Below the pieces are notes generated by a model, which had not been told where the DNA came from, did not search any database, and was given only the letters and a program-made list of their open reading frames with translations. A stretch of DNA of 63,285 bases, filler included, from Atractiella rhizophila (taxonomy: Eukaryota), in assembly GCA_021432655.1 (NCBI GenBank). It is 7 parts of 7 records of this genome, joined end to end, with 100 filler letters (N's around TTAATTAATTAA, not from the genome) between each part and the next. Parts side by side here need not be neighbours in the genome. Positions count along the whole stretch, not along the records: positions 22,022 to 32,913 come from MU272056.1; positions 33,014 to 43,896 come from MU272057.1; 5 more parts are not named here. One strand, written 5' to 3'. Both the position numbers and the translations under genes were made by a program. Below are positions 24,669-36,227 of this stretch, in pieces (position 1 is the stretch's first letter; every line of letters starts with the position of its first letter).

Positions 24669-26730
24669 ATGAATTATGAATTTTTTAGACACATTCTTCG
24701 CCATTTTGACAACAATCCTCACATTTCACTCTCATTTGGTACCCTCGACACTATCAACTATCCTGTAAAGGAGATTGTCGCGCGCATACAAGAATTAACT
24801 GCATCTCAAGGGTGGACAGAGGACTCAGTGAAGATAGGTGTCAAAGTGATGGACTGGGTCACTAAACCCGGTAAGTTTATTGCCCAGGTCGGTAAACCGT
24901 AGTAAAGGGATTATTTGTAGAACGAACGGTGAACGGAACATACCAACTGCGACAATTCGTAGATTTGACGATCGTGGGGTATGAAGAAGGGGACCTCCCA
25001 GGCCCAGTCAAGGAAGGCGAAATCGACGAATTCCTCACCAGTTCTACGCCCCTTGGTCTCGCAACAACATCGACGATGTTCCCGTTTGGCCATCCAGTCT
25101 CACCCTCGAAAATCTATCTCTCCGCCCTCAGGCGCAGATTGAATCTTTTCTCAACTTTCATTACTTCCTCAACCCAAGTGTTGTTTCATTAAATGCCATC
25201 CACGATCCCTCTGCAGTATCTTCCCGCCCAATAAACATCGACAACATCTCACAAATTCTCACCCTTCACGAACTCAGCATCAACGGTCCAGTAGCGACTG
25301 ATGTTCTCGTGCAAAATTTAGCCAGGCAGCCCCTTCAAGGAACCGCATCGTTAGCAGTCCGAGACTGTGACAGTGTTTTTTGGGGTTTGAAAGAATTTTT
25401 CCGTCACGAGTTCGAGCAGGCTCCTTTCTCGAAGCTCAATATCATCTCGTCCAAATTTTCGCACGCAAAATCGCATCTCTTTGACAACATCTCCAAACCC
25501 GCCAACGATATGTTGATAAATACCAACGCCGTGCTGAACGACCGCAGTCTCCGCATCGTCTTTCTTCAACGCCCATCTGCTTTTTCAGCCAGCTTTCTTA
25601 AACGGTCGTTCGACAAACAAAGGAAAGATTGGGCACAGCAGCAACTCGCAACGAGACATTGGGGCTGGTTAATGAAACTGGGATATTTTAACTTAATTTC
25701 GGAAATTTTAGGAGAAGACGCCTGCAAAGTGGCCCAGCCATCTTGGGGTGACCAAACTGTCGCTGTCGACTTCGATGATTTTGCCTTTCCACCAGTACAG
25801 CCAAAAATAATGCAGCAACGTCCAAAGCCTACAGCATCAACACGGACCCCGATGTCGGCTGTGCCCAGAAAAGAAATACCCACCGAACAACAAACAGAAC
25901 TTCCGGATCGAACGAATAAACGAAAAAAATTCGTCAATGTGTTGTCTTCCTACTCCGATCAAATATCCAAACGCCTTAGGAAATCTGAGGAACCCGTCCT
26001 GCCAGTAGTGCGACCTAACAAGCGGAAGATTTCATCGGACGACAGTGCTGAAGAAGGACAAGCTGTGAAACGTTCCCGTCGCAGGGAAGCAGTTTCGCCA
26101 GCAGATTCAAACACTGACTCTCCGCCCCCCACTGATCACTTCACTGGAGAACAAGCTCTGGACAACCTCTACAAGCCAATCACGGCTTTGTACAAACTCA
26201 AGAAACCTCCTCATCTCTCCATCGTGGTTCCCTCTCCTCTTAAAGATCTTGACTGGACAGAATCAGTTTTCGCAACACCGATCGCCTGGAACGAGCGTGC
26301 AAATTACATCCTACCCATTCCCCGCCGAGAAATCGATTGGCAGGTCCTGCAAGCCCATCTCGCAATTTCTCCACGTAGCATTCCTCCCTGCTATTGGAAG
26401 CTGGACGAACAACATCAGCATTTCCCCTTCCTCAATAGGACCGCAAGGCTTGCGGAGTTCTACTGTAGGGCGAAAGTCATGATTGAGAAACACTGTGAGG
26501 CCAGAAAGTTGCCTTTGCCCACTGATTACCGATGGACAATGGCAATTTATAACCTGGTTTCGGCAATGGAACAAGCATGGAGACGTCTCCCTGTAAGCAG
26601 GTTGACTATGACCTATTGGAGTAGGAGGAGGAGTGAGTCAAAAGGGGACAAAGGCGGGCTGACAATGTGGTACTGGATCAGGAGGAGGAGCGAACCGAAA
26701 CAAGGCAAGTTTGGAGGGCAGCTCGCATAG
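24669..26730 (+). CDS. Hypothetical protein with basic NLS-like clusters; exon structure unresolved
   Basis: Long open frame to 26730, upstream ATG exon with GTAAGT donor and TATAAAA near 24521; no family recognised. Confidence 0.55.
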
Positions 26731-27058
26731 TAATCGACTATATGCTTTCTTATCTGTTCATTTGAAACCTCTTAACATCGTTTCAAAGACATTTGTGGAC
26801 ATTTGTGGACACTTTTGCATTTGTTGTGTGGAACCTTGCTTATCGTTGGCATTCCTCCTATAGTTCTGTCCAAGCAAACTTGCAATGACTGTCGTTACTC
26901 AACCCGTTTGTTCCAAGTACTCCTACCACTTTGGGAGTTTCACAAGAGCGAAAGAAATAATAAATAGATATCTCATATGAACATTCGTTGCAAGTTAAAT
27001 CATGTGTACTGACACCATTTTAGCTTCTGGCGCGGCGAAGGACATCAATTTAACGAGC

Positions 27059-28702
27059 TCAGGCAGTTGGAGAAGCCTCTGCAGTTTCTTGAAATTCGCT
27101 CCAAGCGCTTGAAGCAGAAAGTAGGAGGTCTTCAGGAATTCCAGACGCATAATTAGTCGACGCAATTGTCTGATCCGCTGAAGTGTCAACACCGACGGTC
27201 AGGTATCCGTAGAATCCAGCTTCAATGGAGTTCGGGTCGATTTGTTCCAAGGAGACAAATCCGGAATATCCATCACTCTGTATGTGATATGAGAAGTGCT
27301 GAACGAGACTGCAAGAGACATACGTTTTGCTGCGAAAGAATACCATCTTCGTCGTTGCGCGTCCTGCTTTGCTGACTGGTGTTGTACGGGGACAGTGCGA
27401 AAACTTGATCATTAACAGCGTCGTCGAAGAACAATTGACCAATGTGGAGAAGCGTGCCTGAATCAAAGAGTAAACAAGAATTCCAGGAAAGGGGATTCCT
27501 AAGACGCACCAGCGTGGGAAGAAATAGTGCCATTAGAGTTGACAGTGTAGTTGGTGTGAACCATCAAATGAATGTGCGCGGTCCTCCCAGTGTAGTAGCC
27601 TGCAAACATTCCTCGTAAATATGGGAAGTAGAAGTAGATACGAAGACAAACCAGGGTAGACGGAAGTCATCTCAACCACTCCGCCACCACCAGTTACCCA
27701 AGCCCCACGCAAGAACGTTTCCTGGTCAGTCATATCTTGAGATCCACCTGGTCCTCCGGGAGGTGGTCCAGTGCCGTTCCCTGGGGCAGTTCCATTTCCA
27801 GGAATATCTCCAGGAGCACCATCGTCGCCTCCGGGCGTAGTGGAGGTGAGTCCAGTAAATCCTGAGAAAAGGGTGAGTGCGTAGAAAATATGAAGAGTAG
27901 AACCCTACCTGCATAGTATCCAGTCTGTTTGTTTGAGACTCTGTAAGTAAGGTTCTGTATGTTAAAATCTGTAACCTTACTGTATTACAGTGCCACAGTT
28001 CCACAAGAGCATCACTCAAAGGAGAGCAAGTTGTCGTATCCCTTTAGGCAAATGTCAGAGATTGGCAGAACAATGGAGAAAAACGAACATTATTCCAAGG
28101 TCCAAAATTAGAGGTAAACCTGGTTGTTCGTCCCGAATGTCCTGACGAATGAGCTCGTTGTTCACCTATCTTTCAATTAAACAAGTTGATTAAACAGAAA
28201 ATCAATACCCACGTAATATGGACCTGAAGCATGGTAATTGAACATGGAGCCACACATGATTTGGCTACGTACCTTCTGTGACCTCAGGGGCGGTGACACA
28301 AGTGGCTGAATGTGACCTCAGTATTTTGGGCAAAAGGACCTAATGAAAACACTTACTACTTTGGATCGTAGTATAATGAGGAGTAACTGCCGAAGCGGTA
28401 GCAGTAGCGACGTCCTGCCTCTTTTTCAACTGCAGCGACCGTTTCGCCTTCCTCGCAGACTCGAACCTAGCAATGTGCGGAGCGCATCTCTTCGCCTTGT
28501 TGTGCCTAAGGTCTCTCGCCGCATAACGTTTCGCAAGTTCGTAAGGCGTTAACACTTCGTGCTCCTCTCCAGGATGAGCTGTGAACCTCAAAATAAGTTC
28601 ACAAGACTGATGCTGATGAAAAAGGAGAAAGGGCGAACCATCAGCGTTGAGGGTCAACAAGGCGACTTGGCCTAAAACGGAGAGAAGAGTGACGGCCTTC
28701 AT
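27059..28702 (-). CDS. Secreted intradiol ring-cleavage dioxygenase-like protein
   Basis: Signal peptide then AHPGE; spliced PEVTEGPYY, ELWHCN, TFLRG, YPGYYTGRTAHIH, HIGQLFFD, TRNDEDGI. Confidence 0.92.
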
Positions 28703-30438
28703 TTTTGGATTTTATTTCTGGCTTAAAGGATTCCAAACTCAATATACCTGTAGCCTGAGGAAGGACCATTGAGAGGAGGAACATCGAGCTCTTATATCTT
28801 TCTCCCAACCCGCTACGCCGGTCTGACCAAGGGACATTCTGCCGTTAGATACCGCACTAGATCGCTGATTGAACTGGGATTCTGACACCAGTGATCCCTA
28901 CATCTCGACCAATCATCAGAGGGGAATTTCAGCAAGCATGAAGATTCATGCACCTCGCAGTCTAGATTACTGCGCGATGGACTGCGAATATTCAGTAGGA
29001 GCATAACAGAAACTAACGCCAAGAACACAACTTCATTTACTGGGAGAAATGAGTTAATTTATTGTGAAAGACAAACGCGGAGCTTTCATGCTCCTCTCTC
29101 CTTCAAAGGAGCATAACCATCCTCTGAGACATGCGCAACTGTCTGTAGAGTAAGCGGAAAGAGGACCGAAAGACGATTGAACTCGGATCGAAGGTGTGAA
29201 GATCTGACGACACTCGCCATTCGCAGTCGTATTTCGCAGTCTAGGAAAGCCTTGTCATCACTCAAACCTCACAACTATTCCAAGCCATTCCCCTGCGCAC
29301 ACGTCAAGATCAGAGAAAGGAGCGGCTAGCCGAAGTCCTCCTTCTGACTGGCTCATGGAGGGATGCAAAGGTGATTCTTGGCCTTCTCCCGTAGTCAAAT
29401 GAGAAGCCGGGTAAGGATGTAATTGAGAGTTCATCGACTCATTGTATATACAAGAGAAAAACCCTGTCCTTCAAACCATAATCAATCTAAGAATTCTATA
29501 TGGAACGAAATAAGAGGAGGGAACTGTACGGTAGATTATGACATGTTTCAAATGTTCACAGCGAACCCCCCTTTGTCGCCTCGTGAGGAAGCATAGGCGG
29601 CAACTTTTCCGGAACCCCAGTCATCGGTTTCTGAGCAGCGACCTCCAGATCTGCCTTTCGGATCGCGTTCCTCTTTCCCAAAATCATCACTGTGCGTTCT
29701 CGCTCCATCGTGCTCATTTCTTTCCAGTTGGAGATGCGGGAGAGCGTCTATCGCGGCACCACGAAATTCCACAACCGCAACCCAGCGATACACGAATTAG
29801 CTTAGCGTGAGTTTAAGAAAGAAAGGAAGAAGTGGAAGAGGTACCCCGTCCAGGTTTATGACTGTCGGCCCTATCCAATCAACGTCAGATAACATCAGCT
29901 CCAAAGCTCTTTTGGGAGTGGATTTCGCAAGTAGCAAAAACTAACCAAGTTCATCGTACAATGACACTCTCGAAGACCCCGCAGAGAGATCAAGTGTGAT
30001 CCTTCCCTCGTTCGCCTGTCCCACGCCAGCCTCGTCGGAACTCGCAGTCGGAGAAGGTGACGAGGGACGACTGGGGATGGGGCAGGGAGGAGTCCTGCAA
30101 TGGGGGATTTTTGAGCTGTGGAGTTGCTGGCGTCCGTGGAAGACATTCTGAATTGAAGGGCCAAGATGTTGTTGGACTGGTTACTGTGTCTTGTGAGCTC
30201 ATATAATTATTGCTGTAGCCTCTGCCTGGTTATGAAGTCACGTCACATGCATGGAATTCTGACGGAATCGGGATCAAACTCGGAGACGAGAATGGAGACT
30301 GCTCTCAGTGACACAGGAGGAGCGATTGACAGCGTTTTCGTTTCTGTATATGAGGCTGGAGCAACCATCACCCGCTGACGGAGGGACCCATGCATAAATC
30401 TGAAAAAATTCAATCCACTAAAAAAGCAAACAAAATTT

Positions 30439-31430
30439 CTAAGAATTGAACATTCGACTATGCACAACGTCATGCCTGCCACTCAAGATCTCCATCAAAG
30501 GATTAGTCGTCGCAGAATTCTTCAATCCGTTCAGCATCACTTCCGCTTTCGTTGGCGCAGCGTCGCTCCTCTGACTTGACGATGATGCAAGGGAGGAGAG
30601 CTTTTCGGTCGACGATAGAGCGCGGGTTATGACATCGTCTCCACGTGTTACCAGGATGCGTTGGGAAGCGTAGGGACCGATGAGGTTGAGGCGGACGGCG
30701 GCGGATAGGATGCTATTCATTCGAAGGAATGTTTGATGAGATGTTCTAGAAGACGAAGGGTAGAGAAAAGGAAGGGAGGACCAACGAGCGGGAGTAGAGG
30801 AAGAGGTGGAGGTATTGCGTCCTTTCTATAGTTCACGCAGCAAAAACTCTCAATCTTACTTCCAACGGGAGGATAGTTCTTACTGGACGAGATGCCTAAT
30901 GCTGCACAAAGTATCCCAAATGCGATGGGTTGGTGGGCATGACATTCACCCCTCCTCGCCGCGTTCTTGAACTCTTTCAACACCTGCACCTTCTCGCCAT
31001 CCATCTTCGTCTCCGGCACCACGAAGCATTTCTCAAACAACACCAGATGAGCCAAACCCTGAGCACGCGTCCGACGCGTCACGTCGTTCATCAAAATGGT
31101 ATCATATCGCCTGTCCAACTCCAATATCCTCTCTAACACTAAAGCCCTCTCACCTCGCTTCGAGTTCATACCCTCCAAAGTCCTATGAGCTTCGATCAAG
31201 AACCACAGACCCTGATTTGCATACGCCACCACCGCGTTCTCCCAAAACAACACCGTGCGTTCTTCCAATGTCTTCCCGGAACCAGCACTGCTAGGTGCTG
31301 AGGAGGAGGAAGGGGAGAGCATGCCGTGGTGTGTGAAGGACTCCAGGCCGGCAGAGGAGATGAAGCCCCCGGTCGGGAGGTTAGAGTCCGAGAGGAGGAG
31401 CAGGAGCAGGTCCGAGTTCTTCTCTCCCAT
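30439..31430 (-). CDS. ureF: Urease accessory protein UreF
   Basis: LLLLSDSNLPTGGFISSAGLES, SAAVRLNLIGP and C-terminal RHDVVHSRMFNS. Confidence 0.92.
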
Positions 31431-32281
31431 TGTGACCCCCAACTCCGTCGGAGATCCTCTGGTCTTCTTGAGAGGGTCTGTCAGGATGCCGCTCCATTTA
31501 CGCGGAATCCATCGGCACCAAACCTTGAAGAGGAATACGTCTGTCGCGTCGCTGTCGTTGCTCCTCAACGCAGGAAGGGATATGCTGTAATACCCCTTAA
31601 AAGCTAGGAAGCTTGGAGCCTCTAAAACGTCATCGAAACGAGCAGGCGCTTCTGTGATCTTTCTCGCTCCAGAGGTGCTTTTTGTATTGACAAGCAAAGC
31701 TAGTCCAGCCTGAGCGGGCGATTTATCTGTCTTTTGTAAGTGAGTAATCTTTATTGTTGGCTTTTTGGACTAGTAGAGCCCTATTCAAGGTTCATGTTTT
31801 CTTATTGTGCTCCTGCTGCTTCAGGCTCGAATGCTTGGAATAAGCTCCCAAAGCCTAGCCTCCCTTACAGCAAAGAGAGCGTTGCTTCTGTATTATTTCT
31901 TACTGATACCATGACATGAGCACTTCAACTTGGATTTAAAATTTCAACAAATCATGAAATTGAAGCCACTCAAGAGTGACTTTCTGTAATCGTTCCACCT
32001 ATTCGTGTTTTATGCAATGGCTAGCATCCCTATTTGGACGTTAGTCGTTGTGCTGATCAAGGTTGCACATCTCATTCTATCTTAGTGGAAGAGAACAGGG
32101 ATGATATTGAGTACCTCCGTTAATTCTATAACAACATTCTGTCAACGTTGCATCCATGTCCAATGCTTCGAGGGTCCTGAATGTTTCCGTCGTCATAAAA
32201 GGATCCACTGTTCCGCACGATTCTGTAGAAGTATCCTTCTCTCTGCCACAGAGCGCTGAACGATGTCACTGGTAGATACCT

Positions 32282-32913
32282 ATGGCATTCCCCGGAGTTC
32301 CCAAACAAACTCATCACCCCTTCTCACCACTTCACTTCTCCTGTGGTTCTCTCACCTACGATCCCGTTCCTCCACCTTTAACAATACCCCATCAAGGAAG
32401 TCGAACCGCTCGAAAACCTGCTGAGCCAAAGTCGGACTACCTTTTCCTGGTCGGCTTCCAAGGAGACACGCAGGCTGATGACAGCCTCTCGATCGAGCAG
32501 CTGAAAGAAGCGGTGAAGGAGGCAGATAAGAGGAGGCGGACCGCGATTTCGTTGTTGAGAGATGCAGAGAAGGTGGATCGTACGCGCTTCCATCCATAAT
32601 AGTCAGTCGTTCTTACAGAAGCTGTGCAAGCTTGGTCGGATTTCCCAACCACTTACCTCGATATTCGCCACGAAGAGCCGAGCCCTTCTTCCCCCACTTT
32701 TACCGAAGAGACGCCTCAGGTCATTTTCGACATTGTCCTGTTTTTTAGAGATTTACGCACCGATTCCCTGCGACCGCTTGAGCTCAAATTCTACAACCGT
32801 GACCTTTTCTCTATCGCCCCAGTATCCACGAAACATTACGCCATACAAATAACCCGAGGAAGGAACTCATCGCAGGGAATTCACTTGACCATCCTGCTCA
32901 ATCGTCCGCCTGA
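32282..32913 (+). CDS. Hypothetical protein, 5' part (truncated by gap)
   Basis: Two ORFs joined by a GTACGC..CAG intron near 32580-32618; open into the gap. Confidence 0.55.
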
Positions 32914-33013
32914 NNNNNNNNNNNNNNNNNNNNNNNNNNNNNNNNNNNNNNNNNNNNTTAATTAATTAANNNNNNNNNNNNNNNNNNNNNNNNNNNNNNN
33001 NNNNNNNNNNNNN
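32914..33013. other. Artificial contig linker
   Basis: N-TTAATTAATTAA-N. Confidence 0.98.
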
Positions 33014-35111
33014 TCTACGAAAGCGGTGGGAGGGACTGGGAAGAAGTGGAACATCCTCTTCTTTGGATCCGATGACTTTTCGTGCAGTATTTTGGAGAAA
33101 GTTATCCAGGTGTGTTTCTGTTCTGTGTTTAGCAACGTTGAAGCTTTCTGCAGAATCTGCTTGAATGACTAGAATATAGCGTCGTTGTTGGCGTTTTGTG
33201 TGAAGGAAGATAATGGTAGAGCATCGTTTGTATCTTACGTTATTCAATTTGCGTTGCGCAAACGTTTTGTTCCCATTTCTGGCATATACGTTCTCACAAA
33301 ATCATATTCAGCTGTCTTACTCCAAGCGGTATTAATATATTCAGCATTTCTAGAAATCCAAACGCTTTGCCGTGTAGTCGTTTGATATGCTCTAACCCTT
33401 TGTTTAAAAACATGCGCTACCTGACGTTCCCTTGCTTGCCGCATCCCTCTCCAACCTTGCTGGTCATGTGCAACAGAAGTCAAAGAGTTTCTACTTTCTC
33501 CTACTAAATACCGCTTTGGCATTTTCAGTTATGTTCAGTGAGGTGGGAGCTTTGTCTCGTCGCAATAAGCAATAAAACGAGGAAAGACATAAAGACAGAG
33601 TCCCAGTGCTTGCTTTGACGACGTTAAAGTGATGCACACGTATGTGAACTTGGCAGCAGCCTTTCATGCCTTCATTTCATATAAAGGGTGGAGTGTATGC
33701 CGCATCATAAGTCCCACGAACTTGGTTATTTTTCGGTTTTCAAAGGGGTGGAAAGGAAATAGTACGGTTTCAGTCATAATGGGTATCATTTCTCGCGCTA
33801 CAGCCGACCAAGATCTCATTATCTTTTCATCGTGAAGATTGGAATCTATTACTGTCCCCCAAACCAAGGTTGCCTCTAGGTACATTCTAAAATCGACTTC
33901 GCCTTTATCTTCATACTTCGGTTTCCTGCCTGTGCTCGCATTGGTCGTCTACACTCTACAAATGCTCACTGAAGTTATTCTAGAAAGATTTGGCATCTCA
34001 CATTCACGTTGTAGTTCCTTCTTCCAAACGAATAGGGCGGAATCGACAAGAGCTATACATACCAGAACTTCTCAGACTTTCTCAGCGCCTCTCCCTTCCT
34101 ACTACAACATGGGCTCGTCCATTCGCGCTCCCTTCTACGTTTTCGGATACTAGATCGCCCACGAATCTCTTGCTCTCAGCTTCTTTCGGCCACCTTATCC
34201 CCAGCTCAGTTATCGATGCTTTTCCTCACACACAAGCTCTCAATGTTCATCCCAGTCTGTTGCCACGTTGGAGAGGACCGGCACCTGTCTTTTGGACATT
34301 GTTGAACGGTGACAAGCACACTGGTGTGACGATTCAGGAGCTGCAGAAAGGAGCATTCGATGGAGGCCGGATTTTGGGACAGGTGCACACAAACGTGGGT
34401 CTGGAGGATGATTATGCAATTTTGCTGGGGAGGTTGAAAGAGAGCGCGGGAGATTTAACTGTCGACGTCTTGAAAAATTTTGATAAGTACAAGGTAAGCC
34501 ATCTATCATTTTCCTTTGAACCAGTATTGACTGGATCATAGGCTCAAATACAGACTCAAGATATGAATGGTGTTTCCCACGCACCAAAGATCACACGAGA
34601 TCATGCTCGTATCAACTGGGATGAGTGGGACAGAGCTACACTTCATCTATACAACCGCGCACTGCGGCACAAGGTTGCGCTCCCTCTTGCCTGTAGATTG
34701 CTGCTAACCAAAACGACCGCACAACAGCATCATCTGTGGACTTATTTCCTCCCTTCCCCTCCTCCCGAAAATAAACCAATAACTGCTAACCACAAGCCTT
34801 ACCGTCTTTCCTTCGTCTCTCTTTCCTCGACTCCACTCTCCCCAACAACAAAAGAAGTTCTCTCTCATCAAATCAAATCTGTGGGGGAGTTCTCTGCCTG
34901 GAAAGAAGCAGGGCGGTATAGACTCGCCGTTCGGATGAAGGATGGATGGCTCGAAGTTGACCGAGTGCAGGTGCTACGAGAAGGTAGACCAAAGGAGCTG
35001 AGCGCTGGCGAGTGGTTTACTGGCTACGTGAAGGCGAGAGCAGTGGAAGGGAAGTTTATATCGTCTCTAAAGGACGAACATGGTGCAGAATTAAGCGCTG
35101 CATTGCACTGA
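33014..35111 (+). CDS. FMT1: Mitochondrial methionyl-tRNA formyltransferase (5' truncated)
   Basis: ILFFGSDDFS, ASFGHLIP, LNVHPSLLPRWRGPAP, TGVTIQ, FDGGRIL, HAPKI..ARINW; predicted intron 33110-33983. Confidence 0.92.
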
Positions 35112-36227
35112 GGTTCGGACTCAGGTTCGTACCGTAATATGTGGACTTATATGCCCACCGGATGGATTGGAAATGTAACTGAAGGGTACTATGGTAGAAC
35201 GGCCTATACCAAGAAGCATTTGGGTTTGGAGACCTTGTTAGGGGAGGAGGAATGAAATTGGGAAGTGATCAGCGTTAATTGCACTGCGCGTCGTTAAAGC
35301 TCCTTCAAGTAAACCAACAGGCCACTATCCACTTTGTTCTCCTCCTTCCTTCTTTCTTTGGAATCACGTCCGTCAACTACTCCTTCACGTTCCTTCTCTT
35401 CCGTGACGTCCCTATCCGTGTTTCTGTCCATACACCCTCGAAATTGTTACACGGTTCCAGTCGCGGGTATTGGCTTTTGCGGCCCATATTGGAGTTGCAA
35501 CAGGAGTGGCGACCCTTGAGAGCGGGGGAAGAAAGTCCACCTGAGAACAGGTGGAGCAGGAACAGCGAGCACTTTCCCTTCCTTCTTTGCCCCTTTCACA
35601 AGCTTGAGGCGACTCCAACCAGACGTTCCATCACTGCAGGCTCTCGCAATATTACATCTGGAGGGTTCCTGTGCGCTTGCAACCTTGACATGTATGCGCG
35701 CAACAGTTCGGCAGCAGACGTACACAAAGATTGAGATTGAAGGAATTGGCAAACCTCCTTCAATGCGGCGTTTTCGTACGTCTTTTGCTTCAGACTTCGC
35801 ACGACTGATCTGAACGGCTCAGCGATGAATCTATGGCGTTGAGTAACTGAGAGGCGCTGTAGGTATGAGACAAGGTGAGGAGGTCGTCATTATGAATTGC
35901 CTTGCAAAAACATAGAATTCGGGACAATTGTGGTGGTTTGCTCTTAGCCAGTTACGTAACGACTCCTGAACATTTGCTGATTCGTGCAATGATTGTATGA
36001 ATGAGGGCTTCACAATGGCATGGTTAAAATGACTTCATAGAAAGTAAGAGAGGTCCAAAGCCAAGGGGCTATACTGCAAGCTGTTGATCGGATGCAAACT
36101 CTACGCGTCCAACGCCTTCCCGCCTTTCGCGACTTGACCCCTGTAACAGCAGCAAACCACGACAACCTTTGTCCCACTGAGAAGTTGTAATTTCCCCTAA
36201 GAACTCGATAAAATCACATCAATCACG

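Noticed and set aside
29548..30202. Short minus-strand ORFs downstream of ureF
   Set aside because: Could not assemble a consistent spliced frame or recognise a motif.
33110..33983. TPP riboswitch in the long FMT1 intron
   Set aside because: Conserved CUGAGA and downstream aptamer core not found.
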